Positions 1 to 11,398 of a stretch of DNA of 64,000 nt are shown in pieces. The stretch comes from Minutocellus sp. GHC0000111 (taxonomy: Eukaryota). How positions within the stretch are numbered: the stretch's first letter is position 1; each line of letters starts with the position of its first letter. The position numbers and the translations under genes were made by a program. The notes under the pieces were generated by a model. The model ran no database searches and was not told the origin of the DNA. It saw only the letters and a list, made by a program, of their open reading frames with translations. The stretch lies in NCBI GenBank assembly GCA_977018835.1, contig OZ361258.1, positions 372,001-436,000 of the forward strand, written 5' to 3'.

Positions 1-68
1 GAGCGGTATCCACAGGTGCCCAGGAGACTCAGATTTGGTAGATTGTAGGAATTAGGTAGCGATTACTG

Positions 69-1031
69 CTAGTATCTTTTGCCCATCATTTTGTGTCGTT
101 GCCTGGCACCGTCAGCGCCTCCCTTTTCCAGTGCAATTTTGTGCTCTTCCCCGACTTCCAAATGATCTAACTGAACGAGTACTTCGGAGGAGAAACAAGC
201 AGACGACAATTCAAGACATCTCTTTGTCCAATGAATGCCTCTTATTTTTTTCTCGATTGCCTGGGCATTGACGCAGGTGTTTCCAAACCATTCGAACAAC
301 TGAAGCAATTGATTTAGCGGAAATGAATCCAGCACACGTTTGCATAAACTGCATTGGCTTTGAAGTTCATGGCCACAACTCATTTCGCAATCAAAGCTGT
401 CAATCGCATAGCCCAAATCAATCGTTTGTGAAAGGGTGCCTCTTTTGAATGCTGTAGCCAGGCTGCTAATAAATGCACGATAATGGGTAGTATGGCCAGG
501 AGGTCCGGAGCAGACGTTCATTGAATAAGTCCAGTAATTGTTCTCTTCTCTGAAGTGACTTGAGAACCCACATATTTCGAGCTTTGGGAAGAGTTTCAAG
601 AAAGCGACGGTTCTTCCCAATAAATCCACATCAAGTTTATAACTTCCCTCTTTTGTTTCCTCATTAATTGTGAAATCTTTCAGCAAACACAAAATATACA
701 CCTTCGTGACATTCTGAAATCTTCGGCGGTTCCTCGAGAGCATAGCGATCTCAACCTCGCTTGATTTATAAATATTAATTTCATCCACATATTTAGGTGC
801 CTCAAACGAGAGAAGTCTATTGACCATTAGACACGTGAGCACATCGGTGTAGGGCAGGTAGTCCATGACATGGCCACAAACCGGAGCCGGAATCGATTCT
901 CCGGAAAGCTCGGGATCAGAAGCGTCAGACGCCGCGTTGGGAGTCTGTTTTGCGACTGCTGATTTCTTCGCCGATCGATCCGCAGCGTCGGTGGCGTCTG
1001 CCTTGCGCTTTTTATCGCTCGTTGTGCCCAT
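69..1031 (-). CDS. Hypothetical protein with F-box-like N-terminal segment
   Basis: 320-aa ATG-initiated ORF; basic N-terminus (KKRK) then IPAPVCGHVMDYLPYTDVLTCLMVNR, resembling an F-box; Cys cluster later in the protein. Confidence 0.6.
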   Translation of the reverse strand: MGTTSDKKRKADATDAADRSAKKSAVAKQTPNAASDASDPELSGESIPAPVCGHVMDYLPYTDVLTCLMVNRLLSFEAPKYVDEINIYKSSEVEIAMLSRNRRRFQNVTKVYILCLLKDFTINEETKEGSYKLDVDLLGRTVAFLKLFPKLEICGFSSHFREENNYWTYSMNVCSGPPGHTTHYRAFISSLATAFKRGTLSQTIDLGYAIDSFDCEMSCGHELQSQCSLCKRVLDSFPLNQLLQLFEWFGNTCVNAQAIEKKIRGIHWTKRCLELSSACFSSEVLVQLDHLEVGEEHKIALEKGGADGARQRHKMMGKRY

Positions 1032-1459
1032 ATTGCGGGCCGGCGGGGTATTGTTGCTTAGAAATTTCTACAGTCGATTCAAGCAACGCAACGAAGGATG
1101 GAAGACGGGATGGAAGAGGCGAGGGTAAAGGCAGGCGATACAAGGACAGACCAATTTACTCTCAATCCAAAAAAATGTGACAATCTTCTTCAAACTTGAG
1201 GATCAAGGAGTAATCAAATCGAAGTGACTTTGACTTCGAAATGCCAGCAGCAATGTCCAGCGGGGCCGAGCCCCCGCGCTCTACTTATTGCATTGCATGC
1301 CACCATTCCCTCCATATTCCTCGTTATTGAATCGCAATTAGTAGAAGCATATGTGAGCTCACTAGTTGCTTGATTTGAGTTTGCGTGGCTGATTCGAAGA
1401 ATCGCGAGAAACATCACAAAGACATTCCAACACAAAAGTTGATCTCCTACAAATCCACA

Positions 1460-2534
1460 ATGACCCGCCGCCGACATCTTCCGCTGACGACAGCCCTGGC
1501 ACTAACAAGCCTTTCAGTTACCTCTGCCTCGTCGTCCGAATTACTTGCTGAATACGAAGAACTATGTGCATCCTATCCCAAATATCCCAAGAAGGTGGTT
1601 ATTCCAGATGATGTGACCATCCAGGCCTCGTGGCAGCCATCCTTCCCTGGCTCGGGAGCGGACATGACGCTAACGCTCGTCTTCGGCCTGACAGGTCTGG
1701 GCCAGGAACCTGCCTCGTCCGGACCAGCTGAGCTATCTGCTCGCCTCAACCATCCCGGCGACGATGCCGTTACGGTTAAGACACATTATCCGAGGTTGGG
1801 CGCGTTTCCCCCACCGACTATATTCGATCCATACGAGTTCATGGATCGTTCGATTTGGTTCTGCGTCATCCGATGAATGCTCTGCCAGTTATCACAATCA
1901 GCGATACGAGATCACCAGTGGCATACCAAGTCACACCGTGAGAGCGCCAGTTCCGGAATGGATAGCCTGGAGAGATGCCAATTTTGGTAAGTTTGGAAGT
2001 GATAATCTTGATATTTGCACAGCATTTGTATTCTTCTGGCATCTCACGTACATTTCTATCCCCTTTGCTTTCCATTCAGACTACGAAATGGCCCGCTGGG
2101 TAGACCACACCGTCTTCTGGCTTGACCATTATCGCCAACCTGGCCCTGATGGCAATATTTTCCTCTCAATCTATGAGGGCATAACTGATGACGTCGAGGG
2201 TCCAGCACATGCCCAGGCCTTGGCCAACTTCCTCGATGCCGGTGCCAACGTCCATGCCTTTACTGACGAACTCGATGTCAAGTGTGCGTGGTACAAGATT
2301 CTGAAGGATAAGAGTGCGGGGACGCATCGGGGCGGCCCGAAGTATCGGCCGTACACTCCCAATCAGCTCGATACCATGTCCCAAAGCCTGACGTGGCTTC
2401 GCGAGCGGTATGAGAATGAACCGATTGGGCCCGAGATTGTTCCTGTGTTGAACATGTATCTCGACATGGTCGAAGAGAAGCGATATGAAGAACGACCCGA
2501 GCCTACGTGGAAGCTTGGGAGAAAGAAGGTGTAA
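1460..2534 (+). CDS. Secreted sulfotransferase-domain protein (WSCD-like); two apparent 1-bp frameshifts
   Basis: Signal peptide MTRRRHLPLTTALALTSLSVTSA; PAPS-loop-like SFPGSG; VKTHYP. Adding one base at ~1855 and one at ~1885 gives SILVLRHPMNALPSYHN. Stop-free 93-nt GT-AG intron 1987..2079. Confidence 0.7.
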
Positions 2535-3145
2535 ACAAAGTGCACCTCTTAGATGTATCAATATATCAACTATCTAATTTAATGTAAAAGATCCGACGTT
2601 CTGGTGTAGTTTTCTTCCAGGCATCAAAACAGAGCTTCAGCGGCGCAGAACAAATCCTGGAGCGAGTTAATTGTAATATTTACTCGTCCAACGATCGCGT
2701 CGTCATTGACAGGCTCGTGTTTCATCTCTCCATCGCAATAGCCTGGATGTGGAGCACACTTGATACCTTGATTCCTCGACTGGCCTCGGCAGACTGTAAG
2801 TGTGCCGTTTCGGTAGACGATCCAGCCACGTTCGCTTGTCTTGGACCTTTTGCCGTTCGGCCCATATCCAGCCGCAGACGCACATTTTGGGAAGGTATTC
2901 AGAAATTTGCCAAGACACAGAGCCTCTTGCTCGGCAGTCTTGTAGTATCGAAGATGGCATGTGCAACACAGTGTGTTTTGTAATCCATCCATTTGCCAGC
3001 AGCTGTTTTGTGCCGCCGAGGCTCTGTGGTAGGAATCTTTGATTTTCGTTGATAACATGTTTTCAGAGAGAGAAAAGGCATCAAGCAATAGACAAGACCA
3101 TTTGAATTAGAGCATATATAAAATAAGCAGATCAAAAACCTAACA

Positions 3146-6100
3146 TTACTCTCTATTGGCTACATTGCTCAAGACTTTTCGCCATCCTTGATTCCTACCC
3201 TCGAGGGTGTCTACGATCTCCTTTAGCTTCTTCTTCTGTTCGGGCTTGTTCATGTATGTTTTGGTGATTTCAGCCAGTCGTTCGAGCTTTTCTGGCTCGG
3301 TCACATCGATGGGAAACTCATCGCCCGTTCCAACAATAGGATTGAACCGATAGTACTTGGTTTGGCTTACTGAGCTCTTGCCGAGTTGGGCAGTGCCGCC
3401 TTCGCCCATGATATCTTCCAGAATGTGGTGGATCTGCTCACCATCGGTCGCGCTGTTGACAATCTGACCGATAATTCCGTCCCAACCAATCTTCGGAGGA
3501 GTCTTCTCTTCAATGAAGCCTCCAGTGCCACAGCTTACCACCATTTCAATTGGTATGTCTGGAAAGAGAGTTCGAGCCTCGTGAATCGCCACAGCAGCCG
3601 GGTTACTTGCCACAATGCCCCCATCCGAGTACAGTTCTCCGCCCATCATGACGGGCTTGAAATAAAATAAATAAGACGTATGGCATGCAATGCATTCAAT
3701 AGCAATGGCAACATGTGTAATGTATATGCACGACCAGACGAGATAAAGAAGATGGTGAGCAACATAAAAGCGATTGATCCAATAAAAATAAAAATACAAT
3801 GCACATCTACTTCGCAACGATACATCATGCAGCACAACGCCCTTATATTCCAACTGCAACTACAGTACACTGCAACATATTGCAACTGCAACATATTGCA
3901 ACTGCAACTCACCTTGAAGAATGTGGGAGCAGCGGTGGTAGCTCGAAGGGCTGCCCTCTGCAATATGCGAAAGGAACCGGAGTGGCGAGATCCGATGGTT
4001 CGTCTTGGTGGATAGCGTCCCGATACCTGACCTTTTTCTTCCCAGTCGGAGAGCTGGGCCATGATATCGTCTTCCTGTGGAAGGCCAAGTTCAATCCTTG
4101 CCTTCTCGGGGTCAATTGTGAAGGAATCGGCGAGCTCACCGCCTCCGTAATTGTAGTTGCGGAAAAGACTAATCTGGATGGGATTGCTGCTCATCTTGCT
4201 GGAGATGCAGAAGACAAGGGGCACAGCTGGATCAGCTCGGCTTTCCAACATGGATGTATCGCCAAGGACCTCTTCCATGACCTCGTTGAAATGTCGTTCA
4301 TCGTAGGCGGCAGTAGTGAAGACCATCATTGGTCCACTGAGGGCGCTTTTGACAAAAATTCGGGAGATCAATTTATCGTAGCGCTTCTTGGCTTGCCCAC
4401 TCGTCTCTCGGCGAAGTCCGACGAGGAATGCGATGATGGCGCCAGTGGATGTTCCGGCAATGATGTCAAATGAATCAGCAACCTCGATTCCGCCCATCGC
4501 CTCGACAATTGCGGACATGCTCGTAATTGCGGTGATTCCACGTGAACCACCGCCATCCAGTGAGAGTATCCTCAGGCCACGTTGATTCGGGCTCTTGGGT
4601 ACCCAAATATTATGACCGATGGCAGCAAGCAGCATGTTGGAGGTGCGTTGAATCTCTCCTTCTATGCCCTTGGCGACCTTGGCGGCGGCAATAAACGGTT
4701 TCGTCTTGTCCTCCTCCTCAGGTTCACCGTCTTCCGTAGTGCCATCGTGACTATTCTTGTTGGAACCCAAGCGCTTTTTGACAACCTCAACCGGGTAACG
4801 TATCCAACGGCGGCGAAATTTCTCCTTGGGTGCGTATGATGAAACACCAACGACAGTATCAGTGAGGCCTGAGGTCGCCCGCATGGTATTGACGGCCGCG
4901 TCGCTTGCTACAGACATGGAGAGTAATAACTGGACAACGTACAGAGCCGACCGAGCCCGAGCCTCTCTCATTGCACGTCTACTCTGCCGCTTTGGTTTTA
5001 TTGGAGATACCGGCTTCTTTTTGCCATTGTTGACACCAATGCCCAATTTTTCCTTGATAACTTGTGACCGAGGCTTGGGCGATGCTGGCCCAGTACTACT
5101 TGGCGCCGTTGAGGACGGAGGAAAGGGCTGGAGGCCTCTCTGACCATATCTCAGAAGGGTAATAAGGTCTGACAGAAGACCACCAGATAGACACTCGGAG
5201 CTTTCAGGCTCTTCTTCATTTGGGATTGCCATTGACAACGCCGCATCGGCTCGAAGAATTCCATCTGTAACGACTGCACTAAATTCGGGACTCAGCGAAC
5301 AAAGGTCTCGCAAATTTCGACAAGCCGCTGTGGCTGCTGCTACTGCCTCTTGGTGCTGATCGGACAAACCAAACAGGTCCTCCCCTTCCTCCTCGGCGAG
5401 ACTTTCTCCCTCCCGAATGCGGTTGGCACCATCTCGGATGCAGTGAATGAGCGGATAAAGACCACCTCCCTCCTCGCAGAACAAGCGCCACTGCCAATCA
5501 AAATCGACGTTGGATGCGATTGAAATGGCCATATGTCTTATGTCCTTATCGATTCGGTTCCGGTAGTGCTCGGGGTCGCTCAACGGCAGCCGCTTCATGT
5601 CCGACTTCATGCGAAGATACTTCTTGAGTGCCTCTCGGCGGGATGGCTTGGTTGTGGATGCAACGGAGTCGATCTTGTCTTCAGCTGATGGCGGCATGAC
5701 AACTCTGACTCTGGAAGGGATCTCTGTGTCAGTCATTTCGAGGACGTCGATTTGATTCATTATCGTAGGTCGGTCGGCCTTAAGAGGCGTGATGACATAA
5801 TCTACTTGGTTTGCCAGCTCCTACATACCCGGTAGAAAACGGAAAGATGAGTGAAGAAAGGTGAGCAACGGTAAGTGGGAGGAAAAATAAGAAAGCAATT
5901 CATCTCTCAGGCACCATATAGTCTCGTCTCACCCTGTCAACATCAAAGGCTTTTTGCCGGGCCTTTGCCCGGTCTCTCTTTCTCCGCCGCCATAGCCTCG
6001 CTCTGCTTTTGCGCTCCTCCATGTCACCGTCGTCTTTCCTCCTCCTTCTCCTCCTCGAACCATCCACAGCACTACTCTTCTCGTCGTCAATGATTTGCTT

Positions 6101-6973
6101 CCCGACCCCGCTTGTGGCCGTATCATCAATTATTTGAACCCCGCCAACCTGCTGTTGCCGCGTCCTTTGTTGTTCACGGAGTTCTTCCAGCTGTGCTTCG
6201 ACCATGCGTTCCTTCCGCCGTTCCTTGCGACGCTTCCGCCCCTCCATCCGTCTGGACTGATCTCTGACCAGCTGCTCCGATGATTCCTTGGCTCGGGGTG
6301 GCGACGATGATCCGCCATTCCCTCCCAAATCGGTGCTGTACTCCGCCTGGCCTGTTTGAGAGTCAACTCCGCGGATGATGGCTGCATCTTCCTCCTCTCG
6401 TTGGCGCTGGAGGAGAAACGAACCGATGGATGTGCCCGACGTCCAATCCAAAAACGCCTGAGACGAACGATCCCACGCATAGTCAAAGGCATCGGCCGAA
6501 CCGGGCAGATCGGAGCCGTCCGATATTGTCTTCTCGACTATGTCTTCATCTGCATCAATGTTCATTAGAGGTATCTTCATTCTATCTTCGTCGCTGATGC
6601 CATCATCATCGTCATTCGATCCATCAACATCCTTGATGGGCATGCCGGACTTATCCGATTGCGTCGTCGGCGGAGATTCTCGAGTTGCCCTGAGCTCCGC
6701 TAATCTCTTGTTATATCGTGGCTGATGACTGTCCCTCCTGGAACCCCGAGCGTGCGCACCGGAATTTATCTGAAAAGGCGTTATAGTTGGAGATTTTGTT
6801 AGGAGCAACACGCAGCACAAGGCCATCGCCCTCCTGGCCGAACGCGCCGATGACATGGCACCAGCACAACTTGTGGCGGAATCAAATGCTCGGCCATTTG
6901 TAATTGTTGGAGCTGACCTGCTTCTCTTCCTGATACGTCCGCGGGATATGGCATTTGATATAGCGTTAGTCAT
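3146..6973 (-). CDS. Patatin-like phospholipase (iPLA2-gamma/PNPLA8-like)
   Basis: LSLDGGGSRG, GTSTG (GxSxG), AAPTFFK|PV and DGG motifs. Introns 5821..5932 and 3656..3912 (GT-AG) join the three ORFs in frame. Start codon uncertain. Confidence 0.88.
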
Positions 6974-7557
6974 TGCTTCCCGGTATCTTGGACCAGCGAC
7001 CAATTACTTAGTACCAGATTCTCGCGAAATTGTTCTCGTGAGTCAGCCGATGACACCTTCGAGAATCTCGGACGGTATCGGTATCGCGGCGAGAACGATA
7101 TGCTCAAAAATTGAATTCGTCAAGATACAAACGAATCCCCGAATAAAGGGCTCCGCTTGCTAATTACTGTGCCGCCAACAAGTAAATGCTTTGATTGTGC
7201 TCTCGCGCTCCGCTTTGCCTCGAGAAGAAGAGGAAGCAACGGTCCGGTGCCATCATTGTGGCAAGAGCGTCGCGGCTGCCTCACAGGCTTACAGATAAAG
7301 GTATTTGTACTCTTTTTGCAAGGGTATTTTGTGCTCTTTAGTTAGCTGCTGACGAAGCAAAAAGATGCAAAGCGTACGAGGTCAGATTCGCAAAAAATCG
7401 AGCGCCCGGTTTTTGACTGATTTCGAGGGGATTGAAAAGCGCCTCGAAGAATAGTCATGCTGAAATATTTAAGAAAATGGCTATTTTTACTCTAATTTTG
7501 ATTTATCTTCATGTGAAACAATAATTCGGATAAGACTTTAGATTTCAGCGGCTCTAA

Positions 7558-8004
7558 TCAAATGGACGCGTTCGTGCGACGCGACGGTTCGGCCTCCATC
7601 TCGTCTTCATCTTGAACGATGGCATGATACTCGCCTCGGATCGGCAGTGCGATGCATTCGTCCCGGATCTCGCACCACAGCCAATCCGGGATGAGCTTGA
7701 GCTTCTTTAGCTCCCGCTTCACGCCGTTGAACTTGTAGATGAAGGTAACTGAGGAGTGGAACATCTCCGCGGCCTTGTCGTACACCGATTCAGTTATTGC
7801 CACATCATCCATGTCGAGGGGCATGTTCTCGGCCCTTATCGCCCGGCAGACGAGTCGACTGACGACATTGAGGAGCATGTGCTTCTCAAAATCCTCGGGC
7901 CCGTCAATCTTGAGAGTTTTCTCCTGGTCAATGATGATGGCCAAGACAGCGGTGAGTATGTGTTCAATCCATTTGTGTCTCGGGCGGAAGTCGAAGCTGA
8001 GCAT
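7558..8004 (-). CDS. Antisense ORF inside mariner copy 1, unknown function
   Basis: 148-aa ATG ORF with globular-looking sequence; the in-register + strand frame here is D/E/V/G/H-rich like a shadow ORF. Absent from copy 2. Confidence 0.45.
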   Translation of the reverse strand: MLSFDFRPRHKWIEHILTAVLAIIIDQEKTLKIDGPEDFEKHMLLNVVSRLVCRAIRAENMPLDMDDVAITESVYDKAAEMFHSSVTFIYKFNGVKRELKKLKLIPDWLWCEIRDECIALPIRGEYHAIVQDEDEMEAEPSRRTNASI

Positions 8005-8022
8005 TTCGATGACGCGATCGGC

Positions 8023-9478
8023 ATGCTTGGACCGGTATACTGCTTCCCAACGAGTGCCGATGATTCATCTGATTCGGCCGCCTTCCGTTCTGTCATCGAC
8101 GATCTTGCAACGGCGACCCGGCGGCACACTGCACCATGTCTCTTTGCAATTGCCAAGTGCAGGGAGCAGGCAAAGGTGGACTATTCGGTGCTGTCCAGCG
8201 CAGAGCATGGTGCACGATTTTCGGGATGGATGAAGGCGTATGGTGCTCTACCTGCATCTGAGAAGGCGATGTGGGAGATGAAGAGGAGATCTCATCTGGC
8301 TATGCAGCCATACATTCGAGATGTTATTGTTGATGCTCTGATACGAAATCCTCGGGAATCTTGGCGGGAGCTGGAGGTGGATGTCAACTTTTGGTGTTCC
8401 TACTCGGCAATACGGCGGTGGATAATGTCGCGGGAAGGGTTCCGGTACTATGCCGAAAGGATCATCCCTCTCCTTACTACACATCAGATGGAGAAACATT
8501 TGGCATTTGCGCGGAAATTCCGAAACAATTGGGGGCTCGGCGGTGGCAAGTTTCTCCTTGTTATGTTCGATGAGAAGTGGTTTTGGGGCTTGGTTCTTCG
8601 ATCGTATGCCAAGCAAGTTGCAGAATTTATTATTGTTCCTCGGTCCTTCTCGGCATATCACCGAAATCACATCAACAAGTGCATGGTGGTGGCTGTCACT
8701 GCCTTGGCTTTTATTGACAGCATTGAGAATGGCGGCATTGCGTTCAAGCTTGGACTTTTTCGGGCTCAGGCGCATGAAATTGCGAGGCAGATGGTAAGGG
8801 AGGCGGTGCGGCAGGCAGATGGTAGAATCAAATATTGCGGCCCGGTGGTTCGGAAGAAAGACGATCTATACCTTGTGGATTGCGCGGTGACTGGATGCAG
8901 CCATGGCACCCTTGATAATCCCAAGTTCCCACTGAAAGCTTTGTTTGAGAACAAGAAATTTCCGGATGTTGAGGCTTTGGTCGGACCGGGCGGAAAGTTT
9001 GAAGGCTATGTCCCTATTTTCCAGGGCGACAATGCTGGGCCCCATGCCGAGACTGAATTTGTGGAATATGTGGAAGGATACTGTCGGGACAAGGGATGGC
9101 GTTGGGAACCTCAGGCCCCGCAAATGCCCCATATGAATGTTCTTGATCTGTCTGTTTCCCTTGCATGTCAAAGCAGCATATACAATGTTGTGCCGCGATC
9201 GGGAGGGGCTGAAGGTTTTGACAGAGGATCAGACTTGGGATGCAGCGGAGGAAGTTTGGATGGGGCTGGAAAACTGGAAGATCGCATCGGCATACATCCA
9301 GGCTCATAGAATTGCAAAGAAGGTAATCGTTGCAAAAGGCAACAATGATTTTCTTGGAAACGGTGAAGGCATTCATGTTGGGGTGCGAAAGGATTTCAGG
9401 CCGACTGAAAATGGCATGGTTCGGATAGATGGGAAAATTATCGCTCCTCCTCCTGCTGATCCAACCATGGATAATTAG
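8023..9478 (+). pseudogene. Mariner-type DDD transposase, frameshifted after the third Asp
   Basis: VMFDEKWF ... FQGDNAGPH-(38 aa)-NVLDL; frame breaks at ~9156 and ~9180, C-terminus continues in ORF 9137..9478. True start uncertain. Confidence 0.85.
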
Positions 9479-9772
9479 TCCTGCGGTGATTTTAAGTTAT
9501 ATTGTGTTTAATAATACTAGATTGGATTGTAGATCTGGATACTAGCTGCTGCAATACATGTACTTTGCATTGTACATGTATTCAATGCCGGTAGATCTAA
9601 GATTCAGGCGGTTGCGGGCCCAAAAAGTCGCTGTTTTGGTCCCGACCCTGCGCTCGATTTCTCGCGAAACGGACTTAGTAAGCGAAGATGACGGTGACCG
9701 TCCATTACTTGCTTCTTCCAGCATTTGCGTTCTTGGCGGTCGTAGAACCCAGTACAATTAGAATAGTCAAGC

Positions 9773-11195
9773 ATGAAGTTCTCCCTGGCCAGCACCGTCC
9801 TTCTGGCGGCTCTTTCGTCCTCGACGGCATTTTCGCCCGTCTCCCGACCAGCCCCTTCTTCCAGCCTCGCCATGGCCAACGACCTTTTCGGTAAGTTTCG
9901 CGCATGCCATGCATGTTATGTGTTGTGATTCTTTGAGATTCGATGGAACTCTCTGCAGCTGTTCCTTTGCAAATACAAGCAATTGCATATATCGCATCAT
10001 CTAATATCTCGTTCTGCTCTCATCTTCCATAAATTTCTCCCGCCCTTTTTTCCGCACAGTCGACGCCACGGCGACCAACGGCGCCAAGGCCGGCCAAATT
10101 CAAGACTCCGTCTCCGACTATTACGGCAAGACACTTTCCACATCCGATGACTTGAAGACGAACGCTTGCTGCACGGCCACAGCGATGCCAACGCATATCA
10201 AGGATGCCATCAATCGCATCCACCCGGACGTCGTGGCCAAGTACTACGGATGTGGTCTGTGCGTTCCCGATGAGTTGGAGGGCACGACCGTCCTCGATTT
10301 GGGCTGCGGAGCCGGCAGAGACGTGTACATTGCCAGTCAGCTGGTGGGCTCCACTGGCAAGGTAATTGGTGTCGATATGACTCCCGAGCAGCTGTCCGTG
10401 GCCAAGGAAACACAGGCATATCACAAGGAGAAGTTTGGTTATGACAACGTCGAATTTCATCTGGGCAAGATTGAAGAGTTGGACAAGATTGATTCCCTGG
10501 AGGACAATTCGGTCGATATCATTGTTTCTAATTGTGTAATTAACCTCTGTCCTGATAAGGAGGCTGTTCTGAAGAGCTGCCATCGTCTCCTCAAGCCCGG
10601 TGGAGAGCTGTACTTTTCCGACGTGTACTCCAACCGTCGTGTGCCGGAGAGTTTGCGCAACGATGAGGTGTTGTGGGGCGAATGTCTGTCGGGAGCGTTG
10701 TATTGGAATGACTTTCAGAATTTGGCCAAGTCGTGTGGTTTCGCTGATCCTCGTCTCGTGGAGGATGCTCCGATTACCATTGAGAATGACGACGTTCAGG
10801 CCACCATTGATAACTCTGGCCATGGCAATCTCGAGTTTTATTCGGCCACCTATCGGTTGTTCAAGCTGGATGATTTGGAACCGGCCTGCGAGGACTACGG
10901 CCAGGCCGTGGTGTACAAGGGCACCATCCCCCGTCATCCCAGTGGCTGGAGCCTCGATGATCACCACTACATGGAGACTGGCAAGATTTTCCCCGTCTGT
11001 GGCAATACGTGGAACATGCTGGAGAAGACTCGGTTCAAGGAGCACTTTGAGTTCATTGGCAATTTCGATACGCATTACGGCATCTTTGAGGGATGCGGTA
11101 CCAGCATCCCATACCAGAGCGCTACGACTGGTGTGAGCAATAAGGGAACCGGAAAGGCTGCTGCTAGCAGTGGTGGCGGAGGCAGCTGCTGTTAA
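9773..11195 (+). CDS. AS3MT: Arsenite S-adenosylmethionine methyltransferase with plastid-type presequence
   Basis: Exon 1 9773..9890 (MKFSLASTVLLAALSSSTA-FSP...), phase-1 intron 9891..10059, then DYYGK..LKTNACC, KYYGCG, VLDLGCGAGRD, SNCVINL, WGECLSGAL, C-terminal CC. Confidence 0.93.
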
Positions 11196-11398
11196 AAAGT
11201 GATATTTATAATTTAACTTATCGATATTAGAATCTTGAAACTACCGGTATTACATTCGAGAGGACCAGCTCCCGATCAACATCCAAATGCCAGCTAGCTA
11301 GCCGCATCTCCATAACTACATGTACTGTTTGCTTTGATGGCACCAGGGTGTGATTCGTTGCCCCTCCCCTCATGGCGCTTTGATCAATTCACCTCATT

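Larger units (their letters stand above)
7375..9680 (+). mobile_element. Tc1/mariner DNA transposon (DD38D), copy 1
   Basis: TA at both ends; imperfect ~30-bp TIRs (TACGAGGTCAGATTCGCAAAAAATCGAGCGC / GCGCTCGATTTCTCGCGAAACGGACTTAGTA); close inverted copy at 39371..41273. Confidence 0.92.

Noticed and set aside
3850..3910. Short tandem TGCAAC/TGCAACATAT repeats
   Set aside because: Simple intronic repeat with no spacer structure; not CRISPR-like.
9151..9165. Programmed ribosomal frameshift at GTTTCCC shared by both mariner copies
   Set aside because: Not a canonical slippery heptamer, and similar 1-bp homopolymer losses occur throughout the window; an inherited lesion or systematic error is simpler.
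10020..11075. Long antisense ORFs (also 11564..12778, 29761..31077, 42205..43371)
   Set aside because: Shadows of GC3-rich genes on the opposite strand, with no motifs of their own.
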